In this document: one piece after another, positions 48,560 to 58,809 of the stretch
Numbering within the stretch: the first letter of the stretch is position 1
Layout: every line of letters begins with the position of its first letter
NCBI GenBank assembly: GCA_963771465.1
Contig: CAVYTU010000013.1
Span: forward strand, 1 to 64,000
From: an uncultured delta proteobacterium
GTDB lineage: Bacteria; Desulfobacterota; Binatia; UBA9968
DNA: 64,000 bases
Reading direction: 5' to 3'
Program-made: the position numbers and the translations under genes
The notes under the pieces: generated by a model
The model's database searches: none
What the model saw: only the letters and a program-made list of their open reading frames with translations
What the model was told of the DNA's origin: nothing

Positions 48560-49411
48560 ATGATCCGTCCAAAGGTCGCATTTCTCACCGCGACGCTATT
48601 CGTCTTGATCGCCAATGGGGCGCAGGCCAGCCAAGCGATGATCAAACCGGAAGCGGTGCCGGCTTATCAACCTAAGTATCTGCCCTTCGAAGCCGGCGAA
48701 CGAGCGCTCTATCGGGCGAGTTGGAACGGCATGTTTTCGGTGGCGAGCGCCGAGATTCATACAACTCCTAAGGTGGTCGACGGCAAAAAAGTTATCCAAG
48801 TTCGGGTCGACGCCAAAACTTCCGGCGCGCTGGATCTGATCTGGAAAATGCGCGACACCATCAGTTCGACGTTTGACGCGGTAGCTTTGACGCCGGCGCA
48901 TTTTGTTTTTAGCCAACGGGAAAATGCCAAGGTGATCGATACCGAAGCCAAGTTCGATCATCGCACCAAACGCTGGGTGGTCAATCGCCAGCAGATCGGT
49001 AAGCAGACCAAGAATTATCAGTTCGAATCCAACAATACGCTCGACCCGATCACCGCGGTGTATCTCGCCCGCAGCACGGAATATAAAGTCGGCGACAAGC
49101 TTTATTTCAAGGTTTTTGGTGGGCGCTACCAATATCTGCTCGAATTATTCGTGGAAAAGAAGGAACCCGTGGAACTGGAATCGGGTAAAACCGTTGAGGC
49201 GTACCGGATCGTCCCGCGGATTCAAAACATTACCAAGCGCGGCTACGCCGGTCGGGTCAATGAAGCGATCATCTGGATTTCCGCCGATGAACGGCGCGTG
49301 CCGATCAAGATGAGCAGCAAAGTGATTTTCGGCACTGTCCATTTGGAATTGATTGACGACAAGCGCGGGGCACAATCCACCGCCGCTTCAGCGACGCGGC
49401 CGGCATCTTAG
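48560..49411 (+). CDS. DUF3108-like secreted protein
   Basis: Signal peptide; PF..GE...Y..SW, LDPITAVY.AR, IWISADERRVPIKM...FG.V.LEL. Confidence 0.7.
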   Translation: MIRPKVAFLTATLFVLIANGAQASQAMIKPEAVPAYQPKYLPFEAGERALYRASWNGMFSVASAEIHTTPKVVDGKKVIQVRVDAKTSGALDLIWKMRDTISSTFDAVALTPAHFVFSQRENAKVIDTEAKFDHRTKRWVVNRQQIGKQTKNYQFESNNTLDPITAVYLARSTEYKVGDKLYFKVFGGRYQYLLELFVEKKEPVELESGKTVEAYRIVPRIQNITKRGYAGRVNEAIIWISADERRVPIKMSSKVIFGTVHLELIDDKRGAQSTAASATRPAS

Positions 49412-49433
49412 AAGTGAAGCGCACGGGAAAGCG

Positions 49434-50189
49434 ATGAGGCTTCGAGCAAGAATGTATTTTCGTTCGCGGATCTTGGAATACCCACGGCGCCGTAGCCGTT
49501 ACTTCAAATCCTTGACCGCCGTAGCCACGCTGCTTGCGACCGCTACGCTATCCGCTTGCATCGCGGTCGGGCCGGCGCCGAGCCGGCGCGCGCCGCGGGA
49601 AGAATACTCCGCGCCACCACCGGCGTACTCAACGCGGCGCGTTGATAGCGTCGACGCCGAACGACTGCGCAGAGTGATGGTGCCGCTGCTCCAGGCGATG
49701 GACCGTCCATGCCGTGTCGACCAGGTGCGCGTCGGTATCCTCAACCAGAGCGAGATCAACGCCGCCAACGCGGGCAGTTGTGAATTTTACGTCACCGCGG
49801 GGCTTTTGCAGCGCGCCAATGACAATCAACTGCGCGGTGTTCTGGCTCACGAAGTGGCGCATCAGGATCTCGGCCACGTCGCCAAGGCGCAGGTGTTGGG
49901 CGCCGGGATCAATATTCTCGCGGCGGGATTGCAACAACTGTTTCCCGGCGCGGCAGCCGTTGCGCCCATCGCCGGTGAGTTAGTCGCGCGCGGTTATGGA
50001 CGAACTGAAGAGTACGCGGCTGACCAGCATGCGGTCGAAATCTTGCGGCGCGGCGGCCATGGCAAAGACACCATGCTCGAAGCGCTCACCTGGATTCGCC
50101 GCACCGCGGGTAGCGGCGGAGGCGGCGGTTTTCTTTCCACTCATCCAGCACTCGACGACCGCATCGCGACGATCCAACGCCTGCGTTAA
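49434..50189 (+). CDS. M48 family zinc metalloprotease lipoprotein
   Basis: LSAC lipobox, INAAN, VLAHEVAH, EEYAAD, FLSTHP...DRI. Confidence 0.88.
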   Translation: MRLRARMYFRSRILEYPRRRSRYFKSLTAVATLLATATLSACIAVGPAPSRRAPREEYSAPPPAYSTRRVDSVDAERLRRVMVPLLQAMDRPCRVDQVRVGILNQSEINAANAGSCEFYVTAGLLQRANDNQLRGVLAHEVAHQDLGHVAKAQVLGAGINILAAGLQQLFPGAAAVAPIAGELVARGYGRTEEYAADQHAVEILRRGGHGKDTMLEALTWIRRTAGSGGGGGFLSTHPALDDRIATIQRLR

Positions 50190-50300
50190 ACGGTTTTCCC
50201 TTTCATTTTACCGCGTTGTCCTGCGCTGAACACCGATTTCCCGGCACTTTTTAATTTAGACGTTAGCAGAAATCTGTTTACGATTAATTTACCAACCGAG

Positions 50301-50328
50301 TAAACATTCCCCAACTCCGCTCGTCTAA
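50301..50328 (+). promoter_or_regulatory. Candidate ECF sigma promoter
   Basis: TAAAC-N16-CGTCTAA ending 21 nt upstream of the lipoprotein ATG. Confidence 0.45.
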
Positions 50329-50349
50329 CGGAGCAAGGAGGCCGATTTT

Positions 50350-50691
50350 ATGAATAATTTCTCCAAGCTAGTTTTGAGTTTGAGCTTAGCTTCCACAATG
50401 GTGGTTGGATGCGCGGGAGGCTCACTCACCACGCGCGAAAAAGGCGCGGGCATCGGCGCTTTGGGCGGAGCCGCCGCGGGCGGACTGATCGGCTCGGCGG
50501 TGCGCCATCCCTTGGCGGGCGCGATGATTGGCGGCGTTTTGGGCGCCGGAGCGGGCGGTCTGATCGGCGACCAGATGCAGGGACGCGAGAATCAGGCGAC
50601 GGTCCAGGATCAGCAGATACTTCGCAACGAGCAGGAAATTCTGCGCCAGCGTCGCGATATCGAAGAAATACGCCGCCGGCCGGAATATTAA
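50350..50691 (+). CDS. Glycine-zipper lipoprotein
   Basis: VVGC lipobox, GAGIGALGGAAAGGLIG...GAMIGGVLGAGAGGLIG, coiled C-terminus; AAGGAGG RBS. Confidence 0.88.
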   Translation: MNNFSKLVLSLSLASTMVVGCAGGSLTTREKGAGIGALGGAAAGGLIGSAVRHPLAGAMIGGVLGAGAGGLIGDQMQGRENQATVQDQQILRNEQEILRQRRDIEEIRRRPEY

Positions 50692-50719
50692 CTAAGCAGA
50701 TTTCTATAGAACAGTAATA

Positions 50720-50750
50720 AACGGGGGGCTTCGGCCCCCCGTTCTTTTTT
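50720..50750 (+). terminator. Intrinsic terminator
   Basis: aacggggggc-TTCG-gccccccgtt followed by cTTTTTT. Confidence 0.92.
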
Positions 50751-50893
50751 GTGTCAGCGCCAGAAATGTGGAATTTTTTCTCGCGCTTCTCGCTGTAAAA
50801 GAGGTTCCAAAGGTTCCAATCGTCGGACCGGAGTAATAGCCTGGTTCACCCTTGTCTTGATGCCCATCACGACTCGTTTTAGAGTCGTGACTT

Positions 50894-51745
50894 ATGAAAA
50901 TCTTGATCACCGGGGCGGCGGGACTTGTTGGCAGCCATTTGGCGCGGCGATTGGCTAACGAGCATCATGTGCTGGCTTTGCAGCACGCTGATCTCGATAT
51001 CACTGACCAAGAAGCCGTACGTCGTACTGTGATCGACGCCCAGCCGGCATTGATCATGAACTGTGCCGTGCTCCAGGTCGACGAGTCCGAGCGAAATTTG
51101 GCCAAAGCTCAAGCCGTCAATGTCGACGGACCGCGTTACTTGGCTGAAGCGGCGAGCGAAGTTGGCGCTGAGATCGTACACTTTAGCACCCAGTACGCTT
51201 TCGCCGGCGAGCCCCTCGAACGGACGCCGTATACGATTGACGATGAACCGAATCCGGTGAATGTTTACGGCAGGACGAAAGTTGCCGGCGAAGCGGCGGT
51301 GCGCGCCGCATGCGCGCGCAGTTATATCGTGCGCACGTCCTGGGTTTACGGCAGCGGCAAGAAAAGTTTTCTTTGCGACGTGCATCACGACTTACGCGCA
51401 GGCAAAAAAGTTCGCGCCATCGACGATATCTGGTCGAGCACGACTTATGTTGCCGATCTAATCGACCGGGTGATGACGATTCGTACGCTTGGCCGCTATG
51501 GCATTTATCACGTCGTCAACGGCGGCGTCTGCTCTTACTACGAATTCGCCCTCCAAGCGGGCCGCGTGCTCGGACTCGCGCGCGCGCAGATCGATGCGCT
51601 GATCGAGATCGCCCACGAGCGCGAAATGAAACGGATCGCCGCACGGCCGCGCTACACGCCGATGCGCTGCTTGCTCTCGGAGGATCTCGGCTTGCCACCG
51701 ATGCGCGATTGGCGCCCGGCGCTACGCGACTACGTTAGTTCATAG
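50894..51745 (+). CDS. rfbD: dTDP-4-dehydrorhamnose reductase family protein
   Basis: ILITGAAGLVG, PNPVNVYGRTK.AGE, IVRTSWVYG, AARP.Y. Confidence 0.85.
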   Translation: MKILITGAAGLVGSHLARRLANEHHVLALQHADLDITDQEAVRRTVIDAQPALIMNCAVLQVDESERNLAKAQAVNVDGPRYLAEAASEVGAEIVHFSTQYAFAGEPLERTPYTIDDEPNPVNVYGRTKVAGEAAVRAACARSYIVRTSWVYGSGKKSFLCDVHHDLRAGKKVRAIDDIWSSTTYVADLIDRVMTIRTLGRYGIYHVVNGGVCSYYEFALQAGRVLGLARAQIDALIEIAHEREMKRIAARPRYTPMRCLLSEDLGLPPMRDWRPALRDYVSS

Positions 51746-51882
51746 CCTAGAGTCTGGAGTTTCGGTGTCGGAATCCGACGGCAGACGCTAGACAGCCAAT
51801 TCCAAACTTTCCCGCATTGACAGCCAGCTTCGCACCAGACTAGAAGAACAAAGCGCCAACACTCACGAAGGAGGATCTAGTC

Positions 51883-52926
51883 ATGTCGAACTTTCCGGTT
51901 ATCGATACCGACGGTCACGTGCTCGAACGACAGTCGGACATTCGCAAATACCTCGAAGAGCCTTGGGTCAAACGGCCGACTGGTTTGTGGCCGGGCGATC
52001 AGCCTTGGGATAACGATATGATGGACTCCTTCGAAATGGCGCGGTCGTGGAAGGGGTTGAGCGCCGCACAGCAGGTCGACAACTGGCACAAGATCATGGA
52101 CGAATATGACATCGAAAAAGCGATCTGCTTTCCCACCGGCTCAGGCAACATCGCCAAGAATCAGGAAGTGCCTTATCAAATCGCCGTTGCGCGCGCGGCG
52201 AACACGCAGTTCGCCAAGGAATTTAACGCACGTTCCGACCGATTGTCTTGCGTCGGCTGTTTGCCGATGCGCTCGCCCAAAGCCGCGGCTGAAGAACTGC
52301 GCCGCGCGGTGACGGAGTTGGGCTTGAAAGGTTTTGAAATCCTGCCGACCGGTTTGCCGCTAGCGCTCGGTGATCCGTTCTACGATCCGATTTACCAAGA
52401 AGCGGAGCGCTTGGGCGTTGTTCTCGGCATTCACGGCACACGCAACACTTCGCGCGAGCTGGGCACTTCGGGATTGTCGACCTTCGCTGAAGTTCACTCT
52501 TACGCGTTTCCCGTGGGTATCTTGCTCCAGTTCACCAGCATCGTCTGCCAGGGATTGCCAGTACGCTTTCCAAAACTGAAGTTGGCGTTTCTGGAAATCG
52601 GCGCGACCTGGCTGCCGTATTATCTCGATCGCTTGGATGAGCACTGGGAAAAACGCGGCGAGATCGAGATGCCGCTGCTGAAAAAGAAGCCCAGCGACCT
52701 GGTGCGCGAGTCGAAACTCTACTTCAGCGTCGAACCCGGCGAGTCGCAACTGGTTGCCACCGTCGACTACGTTGGCGCCGATCACTTTCTTTACGCCTCC
52801 GACATCCCGCACTGGGATAACGAGTTCCCGCATAATTTAAACGATCTGCGCGGCCACAAGCAGTTATCGAACGAGGCCAAGGAGAAGATTCTTTACAAGA
52901 ATGCGAAAGAGTTGTTCGCATTGTAG
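51883..52926 (+). CDS. Amidohydrolase-2 family protein
   Basis: IDTDGHVLE, FLEIGATWLP, YASDIPHWD. Confidence 0.88.
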   Translation: MSNFPVIDTDGHVLERQSDIRKYLEEPWVKRPTGLWPGDQPWDNDMMDSFEMARSWKGLSAAQQVDNWHKIMDEYDIEKAICFPTGSGNIAKNQEVPYQIAVARAANTQFAKEFNARSDRLSCVGCLPMRSPKAAAEELRRAVTELGLKGFEILPTGLPLALGDPFYDPIYQEAERLGVVLGIHGTRNTSRELGTSGLSTFAEVHSYAFPVGILLQFTSIVCQGLPVRFPKLKLAFLEIGATWLPYYLDRLDEHWEKRGEIEMPLLKKKPSDLVRESKLYFSVEPGESQLVATVDYVGADHFLYASDIPHWDNEFPHNLNDLRGHKQLSNEAKEKILYKNAKELFAL

Positions 52927-52931
52927 GATAA

Positions 52932-53927
52932 ATGATGAAAATAAATCGAATTACAGTTACCTGCTTATTTGCCTGCCTGATTCTTCAATGCCTTGCTGTT
53001 TCTGTTTTTGCCGCCGATACGATCCGTATCGCCTACAGCTCGGTCAACCCACACGCTTTGTTGGTCTCGCTGGCCGAAAAGCGCGGACTGTACGCCAAGT
53101 ACGGGCTTACGTCCGTGGTCGTTTATATTCCCGGCGGCAGCACGGCGATCCAAGCGATGGTGTCCGGCGATATCGATCTGGCTCAATTGACGGGTCCGCC
53201 GGGTGTTACCGCCAATCTGCGCGGCGCGGATATCACTTACATCGCGATGACCGACGACCGCATGGGTTATCAACTGGCAACGCGCGGAGAGATCAAAAAC
53301 GCCGCGGAGCTAAAAGGCAAACGCTTAGGCATCAGCCGGTTTTCATCGTCGTCGGATTTTGGCGTGCGGACACTTTTGCGCCGGCTTGGCATCGATCCGA
53401 AGGATGTGACGATCTTGCAGATCGGCAACGAGTCCGAGCGGCTGGCCGCGCTTAGATCCGGTAGCATCGACGGCTCGGTATTCAACGCGCCGTTCGGTGC
53501 CGTCGCGAAAAAATTTAACGTGAATATTTTAGCCGACGCCGGCGCATTGGGCATTCCCTATTTCAATACCGGTATGTGCGGCAGCGCCAAGTTGCTGCAG
53601 AAAAATGAAGGACGGATTCTCAACTTCATGCGCGCCTATGTCGAAGCGATCAAGATTTTCAAAACCGAACCCGAGTACACGCTCAAAGCGCTAGCGCAAT
53701 TCAGCCGAGTGAACGATCAAGAGCTTTTGAAAGAAGCCTACGAGTACAACAAGAACAGGATTCCCGACATTCCGTACCCGTCCTTGAGCGCCATGCAGGC
53801 AGTGGTCGATCCGTTGGTCGCCGGCGAGCCGAAACTTGGCAAGGTTGACGCGAAGAGTTTTATCAGCGACCGATTTCTCAAGAAGCTCGAAGAGGAAGGG
53901 TTCGTGCAGAAGTTGATGGGGCGGTGA
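52932..53927 (+). CDS. ABC-type substrate-binding protein, NMT1/THI5/SsuA-like
   Basis: Signal peptide, GLYAKYGL, ELKGKRLGISRF, FLKKLEEEGF. Confidence 0.87.
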   Translation: MMKINRITVTCLFACLILQCLAVSVFAADTIRIAYSSVNPHALLVSLAEKRGLYAKYGLTSVVVYIPGGSTAIQAMVSGDIDLAQLTGPPGVTANLRGADITYIAMTDDRMGYQLATRGEIKNAAELKGKRLGISRFSSSSDFGVRTLLRRLGIDPKDVTILQIGNESERLAALRSGSIDGSVFNAPFGAVAKKFNVNILADAGALGIPYFNTGMCGSAKLLQKNEGRILNFMRAYVEAIKIFKTEPEYTLKALAQFSRVNDQELLKEAYEYNKNRIPDIPYPSLSAMQAVVDPLVAGEPKLGKVDAKSFISDRFLKKLEEEGFVQKLMGR

Positions 53928-54107
53928 CCAAGGTAATTATCCGCCGGTCGCGCAGCATAACTGTTGCAAAGGCCTGGCTTGGGTAAATCCCAGCCGGGCC
54001 TTATAATATTTGGACGATGAGCCAAAGCCGTTTGTAGTGTTCAGTACCAGGCAAGAAGAGAGCGATATTTTTCGCTGCTAGTTCGAATCCGCCAAGTCGC
54101 TCTCTAT

Positions 54108-55435
54108 TTGCTGGTCATTACATATATCGGGTGTACGCCGGTACCGCCGAAAGTAATCAACATAGCGAAACCTGAAGATTATCGACCGTCAACACCTGGT
54201 AACGTCAAAAGTGTGGAGCAAGCGATTGCGGCGGTAATGACTGCCGCCGCTGATTCGGGTCTTCCAAAGATTGATTCCCTGTCTTTGTGGCTCTACGAAA
54301 ATACGGAAGCATTCGCATACTGGGGCAAAGGAAATGCCAAAGTACATGAAGTCGCGAATGAAGCCGCGGTCACTAAAGGAAATTCAATACACGTCAACTT
54401 GGGATCGTCGGGGGGTACTCGTTGGGACTTGAGAATCGGTGAATTGGCTCATGAATTCGGTCACGTCCTTCACAATTCACTCGCAGGTAGCGATGTTAAA
54501 GCACCGGGTGGTTTAGAGAAGGTTTCGCCGAATGGGTGGCATCGAAAATTTTCGACTCACTCAAATGGCGAAGCGGAAGTTTGACGACCCAGCGGGCTTG
54601 GCGAGAATTAAGGTATGTTGGCTCATTCGACGGATCTGTTTTCCTCGATTATAAAAATTGGAAATTACGGTCAGAAAAACTAGGAGGATTTGTCGCGACA
54701 TACACGTTGGCTTTTGTGACCGTGGATCGATTGATCGGGACACACGGGTTCCCAGCCGCTATAGAATATCTAAAAACGGGTGAATTTGAGAAGAGCTTTG
54801 GTCAGTCATTCGCAGATTTCGAAACGGAGCTTGAAAAGTCTATAACTGAAAAATTGCGCGTGAGGGATGAATTTAGCGTCGGCAAACCGGAGTGGCTAGT
54901 TGGGTTCAGATGGAAGTACGAAGTGAATGAGTCTAACAAAATGTCGGAGCGCGTCGACGAGATTGTCGGTACAGCATTGACGGCACATGGACCTGCCTTT
55001 TTGCTGCGAGATGGCAGCGAAGAAACGGCTCGCAGCATGGAGGACATGGGAATTCTGGAAACAAGAAAGAATGGGACCATCATGAGCCGCTATGATAGAT
55101 CCGGTAGTCTCTTCACGTGGCCTCTCGTTGCCGGAAAGCAGTGGACAGCTACCTACAGTATCGAAGATATCGAGTCGAAGAAAACTCGCGCAGTACAACG
55201 GGTGAGGTTCGTTGCTGGTTCGGAATTAGTAAAAGTGCCCGCGGGTACTTTCAAGGCCGTGAAGCTTGAGTTCTACGCGCCAAGAACCGGAAGATTAATA
55301 GGCGAATACTGGTATTCTCCAGAAACCCGATGGTTTGTAAAAACGGTCTCATACGAAAGCGTGAACGCTTATTATCGGGAGGAACAGCTCGTTAGCTATA
55401 AGCTTGAGACTCAAGTCGCGGTTCCTAAGAAGTGA
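54108..55435 (+). CDS. Putative lipoprotein: gluzincin-type metallopeptidase domain plus C-terminal beta-rich domain, frameshift near 54506
   Basis: HEFGH in the first ORF; adding one base in ccgggtgg yields P.WFREGFAEW (third zinc ligand motif) and joins ORF 54536-55435 with VKVPAGTFKAVK...WYSP. Confidence 0.7.
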
Positions 55436-55457
55436 TTATTGAGCTTAGAATTAATGC

Positions 55458-56531
55458 TCAACTTCCGTTAGCTTTCCTCGCCGCGGCGATGTCTCCTTCG
55501 TTGAAGCGGTAAAACCGCACCGGATTGTCGTAGAGCATTTTGCGTTTGAATTCATCAGTAAGATCTTTGCGCGCTTTTAACGTCGGTAGGTCGCCGCCGA
55601 ATTGGTCGCGTTCGCGTTCGTGGGGGAAGTCGGAGGCCCACATGATGACGTCGTCGCGCAGCAATTTGACGACGTAGGGCGCGGTGCGTTCTTCGACTTC
55701 CATGGTGACGAAGATGTTGCCGCTCTCGAAGAAATGGCTCGGCGGATGTTTCAAGTGCGGCGCCAAACGCGCGGCGAATTTTTCGTAGTCTTCTTCCATC
55801 CTATCCATCATGAACGGCACCCAGCCGGCGCCGGCTTCCAAGTAGGCGACGCGCAGCTTGGGAAACTCCTGGAACACGCCTTGGAACATCATGTTGGTGA
55901 TATGCAGAAATAGACCGACGGGATGTTCGAGCATGTGCGCTTCGAGAAAGCTGCACACGCGGTCGAGCCCGAGATTTTGACTGACGCCGCCGTGGATGGT
56001 TAGCGGCACGTCGAGGCGCTGCGCTTCGTCGTAAATTTCATGAAACGTCGGCGAGCCGTAGAGCGGCGTGCGGTTATTGGTCGCTGACGGCAACAAGCCG
56101 GCAACGAATCCGAAATCCTTGACGCAGCGGCGCAGCTCGGCGGCAGCGGCTTTGGGGTCTTGCGGCGCCAGCAGGGCGACGCCTTTGAGGCGCGGCGATT
56201 GAGTGGTGAAACGGTCATGGAGCCAGTCGTTGTAGCCTTGCGCGAGGGCAGATGCCCAAGCGGGCAGTTGGATCATGCCCAATGCCAGCGCCGATGTCGG
56301 ATAAAGCACGGCCATGTCGATGCCGTGCTCATCCTGAAATTTTATCCAATGTTCAGCATCGGGATCTTCGCGCTTGCCCTTGCGCGCCAGGCCGCGCTGC
56401 CAGCCGTCGGCGTCGAACATCGGCCATGTCGAGTGCCAGTTCATCTCGGCGAAGTTGCCCTTGATATGGGCGAAGATGTCTTTGTGATCTTCCATGATGT
56501 GGCCGTCGGCGTCGATGATGAATTCTGCCAT
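55458..56531 (-). CDS. Amidohydrolase-2 family protein
   Basis: IDADGHIME, YLEAGAGWVP, WASDFPH. Confidence 0.88.
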   Translation of the reverse strand: MAEFIIDADGHIMEDHKDIFAHIKGNFAEMNWHSTWPMFDADGWQRGLARKGKREDPDAEHWIKFQDEHGIDMAVLYPTSALALGMIQLPAWASALAQGYNDWLHDRFTTQSPRLKGVALLAPQDPKAAAAELRRCVKDFGFVAGLLPSATNNRTPLYGSPTFHEIYDEAQRLDVPLTIHGGVSQNLGLDRVCSFLEAHMLEHPVGLFLHITNMMFQGVFQEFPKLRVAYLEAGAGWVPFMMDRMEEDYEKFAARLAPHLKHPPSHFFESGNIFVTMEVEERTAPYVVKLLRDDVIMWASDFPHERERDQFGGDLPTLKARKDLTDEFKRKMLYDNPVRFYRFNEGDIAAARKANGS

Positions 56532-56561
56532 GCTGCCTCCTGATTTTCGTAGTTTAAAGAA

Positions 56562-56632
56562 AGATTTCTCCCTTCGGTCGAAATGACAGAAAAATCATCT
56601 TGTCATTTTCGGTGAACAAGCGAGAGAAATCT
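56562..56632. repeat. REP-like inverted repeat pair (AGATTTCTC...ATGACA family)
   Basis: agatttctcccttcggtcgaaatgaca ... tgtcattttcggtgaacaagcgagagaaatct. Confidence 0.75.
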
Positions 56633-56641
56633 TATGCCCGG

Positions 56642-57667
56642 CTATTGCATGAAGATCTTCTGATATTCCTTCTTTTTCTTTTCGTAGTCTTCCTTGCCGA
56701 ACTGGTACATCTGCACGAACTTGATCTTGTCGGCGTCCTGGAGCGGCGGATAGACGCCGCGACGGTTGACGAACTCGCCGGTGTCGGCCTGGATCTTCAT
56801 GCTTTCTTCTTCGAGAAAGAAATCGATAAATGCTTTGCCGGCGTTGGTTCGCGGCGCTTTGGCGGCGAGGCTGATGTACTGGCCGTCGCCGAGCATGTTG
56901 TAGTCGCGGACGTAGTCGAGACTGGCGCCTTGCTTATTGTAGGTGAGTACGAAGCGCACAAAGGTGATGCCGATGGGCGCCTCGCCGGTGCCGACCTTGT
57001 CGGCCGCCGGGACGATGGATTCGGCGAAGATCGGCTTGCTGGCCGCGAGATCGTGAATGAACTTTTCCGCGCGCGCCTTCGGCATGATCTTGTCGAGACT
57101 GCCAAGCCATTGAATGGTTAACGTGTGATTGACCGGATGGGGCATAACCAACTTGCCGCGATACTCCGGCTTGACGACATCTTCCAGCGTCTTCGGCGCC
57201 TCAGCGGCTTTGATGCCGGCTTTGTTGAAAATCACGCCGTACAGCACGTTGCGATAGCGCGCGCCAAGATTGGGATCGATGGCGTCTTTGGCGAAGCCTT
57301 TGAGCGACGGCGATTCGTATTTGGCGAATGCGCCCTCTTTGAACATGACCTGCATGTGATCGCCGGTGGTGGCGACGGCGTCGAACAGCGGCTTGCCGAC
57401 GCGATGCTCGCTCAGCACGCGGTCCATGACTTCGGTGGAACCGCCGCGCCAATACTCCATCTGTATGCCGGTTTTGCTTTCGAAAGCTTTCTTGAGCGCG
57501 TCGGCAGTGAAAGTCTCCATGGACGTGTAAAGAATAACTTTGCCGCCTTCTTTCTTCGCCGCGGCGACTGTTTGCGGTGACTGGCCGGATGCAGATTGCA
57601 CGCTGACGAGAAATAATGAGCCCAGAACGAGAAGCAATACTTTACACATAGCATGAAATCCTTTCAC
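56642..57667 (-). CDS. Extracellular solute-binding protein (Fe3+/thiamine/polyamine-type)
   Basis: AAKKEGGKVILYTS, PKTLEDVVKPEYRGK, NAGKAFIDFFL; signal peptide. Confidence 0.85.
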   Translation of the reverse strand: MKGFHAMCKVLLLVLGSLFLVSVQSASGQSPQTVAAAKKEGGKVILYTSMETFTADALKKAFESKTGIQMEYWRGGSTEVMDRVLSEHRVGKPLFDAVATTGDHMQVMFKEGAFAKYESPSLKGFAKDAIDPNLGARYRNVLYGVIFNKAGIKAAEAPKTLEDVVKPEYRGKLVMPHPVNHTLTIQWLGSLDKIMPKARAEKFIHDLAASKPIFAESIVPAADKVGTGEAPIGITFVRFVLTYNKQGASLDYVRDYNMLGDGQYISLAAKAPRTNAGKAFIDFFLEEESMKIQADTGEFVNRRGVYPPLQDADKIKFVQMYQFGKEDYEKKKKEYQKIFMQ

Positions 57668-57737
57668 GCGGTTGGTTGGACCGAGGCACTCTTCGGCTTT
57701 TATCCAGCGCCATCGGCCAAGTCAAATTACCTCCCCG

Positions 57738-58721
57738 CTATTTCCCAGACAGTCGTTTAAAAAACCCTTCGCGTTCCAATTCGTCGACGATGCTTTCGTC
57801 GAGATAGCGGCTGATCGTCATGTCGACTTTCACCGCCGGGTTTCGCTGGGCGACGATTTCCAGGGTGTTGCGCAGGCCGTCGTGTGAAACGCGAGTGGGA
57901 AATGAAAAGCTTTTACCGAAATAGTTGTAGGTTTCTTCGACGGACTTGGGATTTTTGAAGCGCAGCCACTTGGATAATACAGCAACGCCTTTTTCTTTGT
58001 TGGTCATGAATTGATACACGCCTTCGGCGTAGGCTTGCTGGAAACGCTTCACCGTGTCGCGGTTTTTCTCGACGAAGGAGCGGCGCGCGACCATGACGTT
58101 CATTGGGAAAGATGAGCCTTTGACGTCACTCATCTTGGCGAACTCGTGCATGCCGACGCGGAACGCTTCGTTGATGTCGGGATAGGACAACATGGTGCCG
58201 TCGATCGCTTTGGCCGTGAGAGAAAGGATGCGCGCGGCGGAGTCGCCGGCAGGAAATATCGTCACCGACTGGCGCGGCACATTCCACGCCTTGAGCGCGA
58301 GCAACGTCGCCGTTTCGGTGGCGCCGCCGACGGCGAGGACACCAATCTTCTTGCCGATCAAATCTTCCGCTTTACGGATCTCTTTTTGGGTGACGAAACT
58401 GTAGGGAAACGAGTTGAGCGTGCCCGAGATCATTACCAAGTCCGCTCCCTGATTGATCGCATTGACCGCGGTGGCAGCGTCGACCTGAGCAAGTTGGATG
58501 CTGTTGCCGAGCAACGCCTGCAGCTGGCGCACCGAGCCGGAGAGAAAAACTACATCGCCGTTGAACCCGTATTTAGCGAACAGACCGAACTCCTTCGGCG
58601 CCCAGATCGGCGCCTGAAAACCGGCGAAGCCGGCGTAGGCGACGAGGTTGGTTTCTTGGGCGCGCGCGTTAGTGGCGAGGACGAGAAGAAAGAGAAGGCC
58701 AATAATCCATCTCTCGATCAT
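57738..58721 (-). CDS. ABC-type substrate-binding protein, NMT1/THI5/SsuA-like
   Basis: Signal peptide from ATG 58721, GLFAKYG, DLIGKKIGV, VDELEREGFF. Confidence 0.86.
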   Translation of the reverse strand: MIERWIIGLLFLLVLATNARAQETNLVAYAGFAGFQAPIWAPKEFGLFAKYGFNGDVVFLSGSVRQLQALLGNSIQLAQVDAATAVNAINQGADLVMISGTLNSFPYSFVTQKEIRKAEDLIGKKIGVLAVGGATETATLLALKAWNVPRQSVTIFPAGDSAARILSLTAKAIDGTMLSYPDINEAFRVGMHEFAKMSDVKGSSFPMNVMVARRSFVEKNRDTVKRFQQAYAEGVYQFMTNKEKGVAVLSKWLRFKNPKSVEETYNYFGKSFSFPTRVSHDGLRNTLEIVAQRNPAVKVDMTISRYLDESIVDELEREGFFKRLSGK

Positions 58722-58809
58722 GGCTTTGCCCTCCAGATTCGATGGGTATCGCTTTATTCCACCCAACCTGCACCGACGCAGCGGGTTTCGGTTTCGACAT
58801 TCGCAGTGC

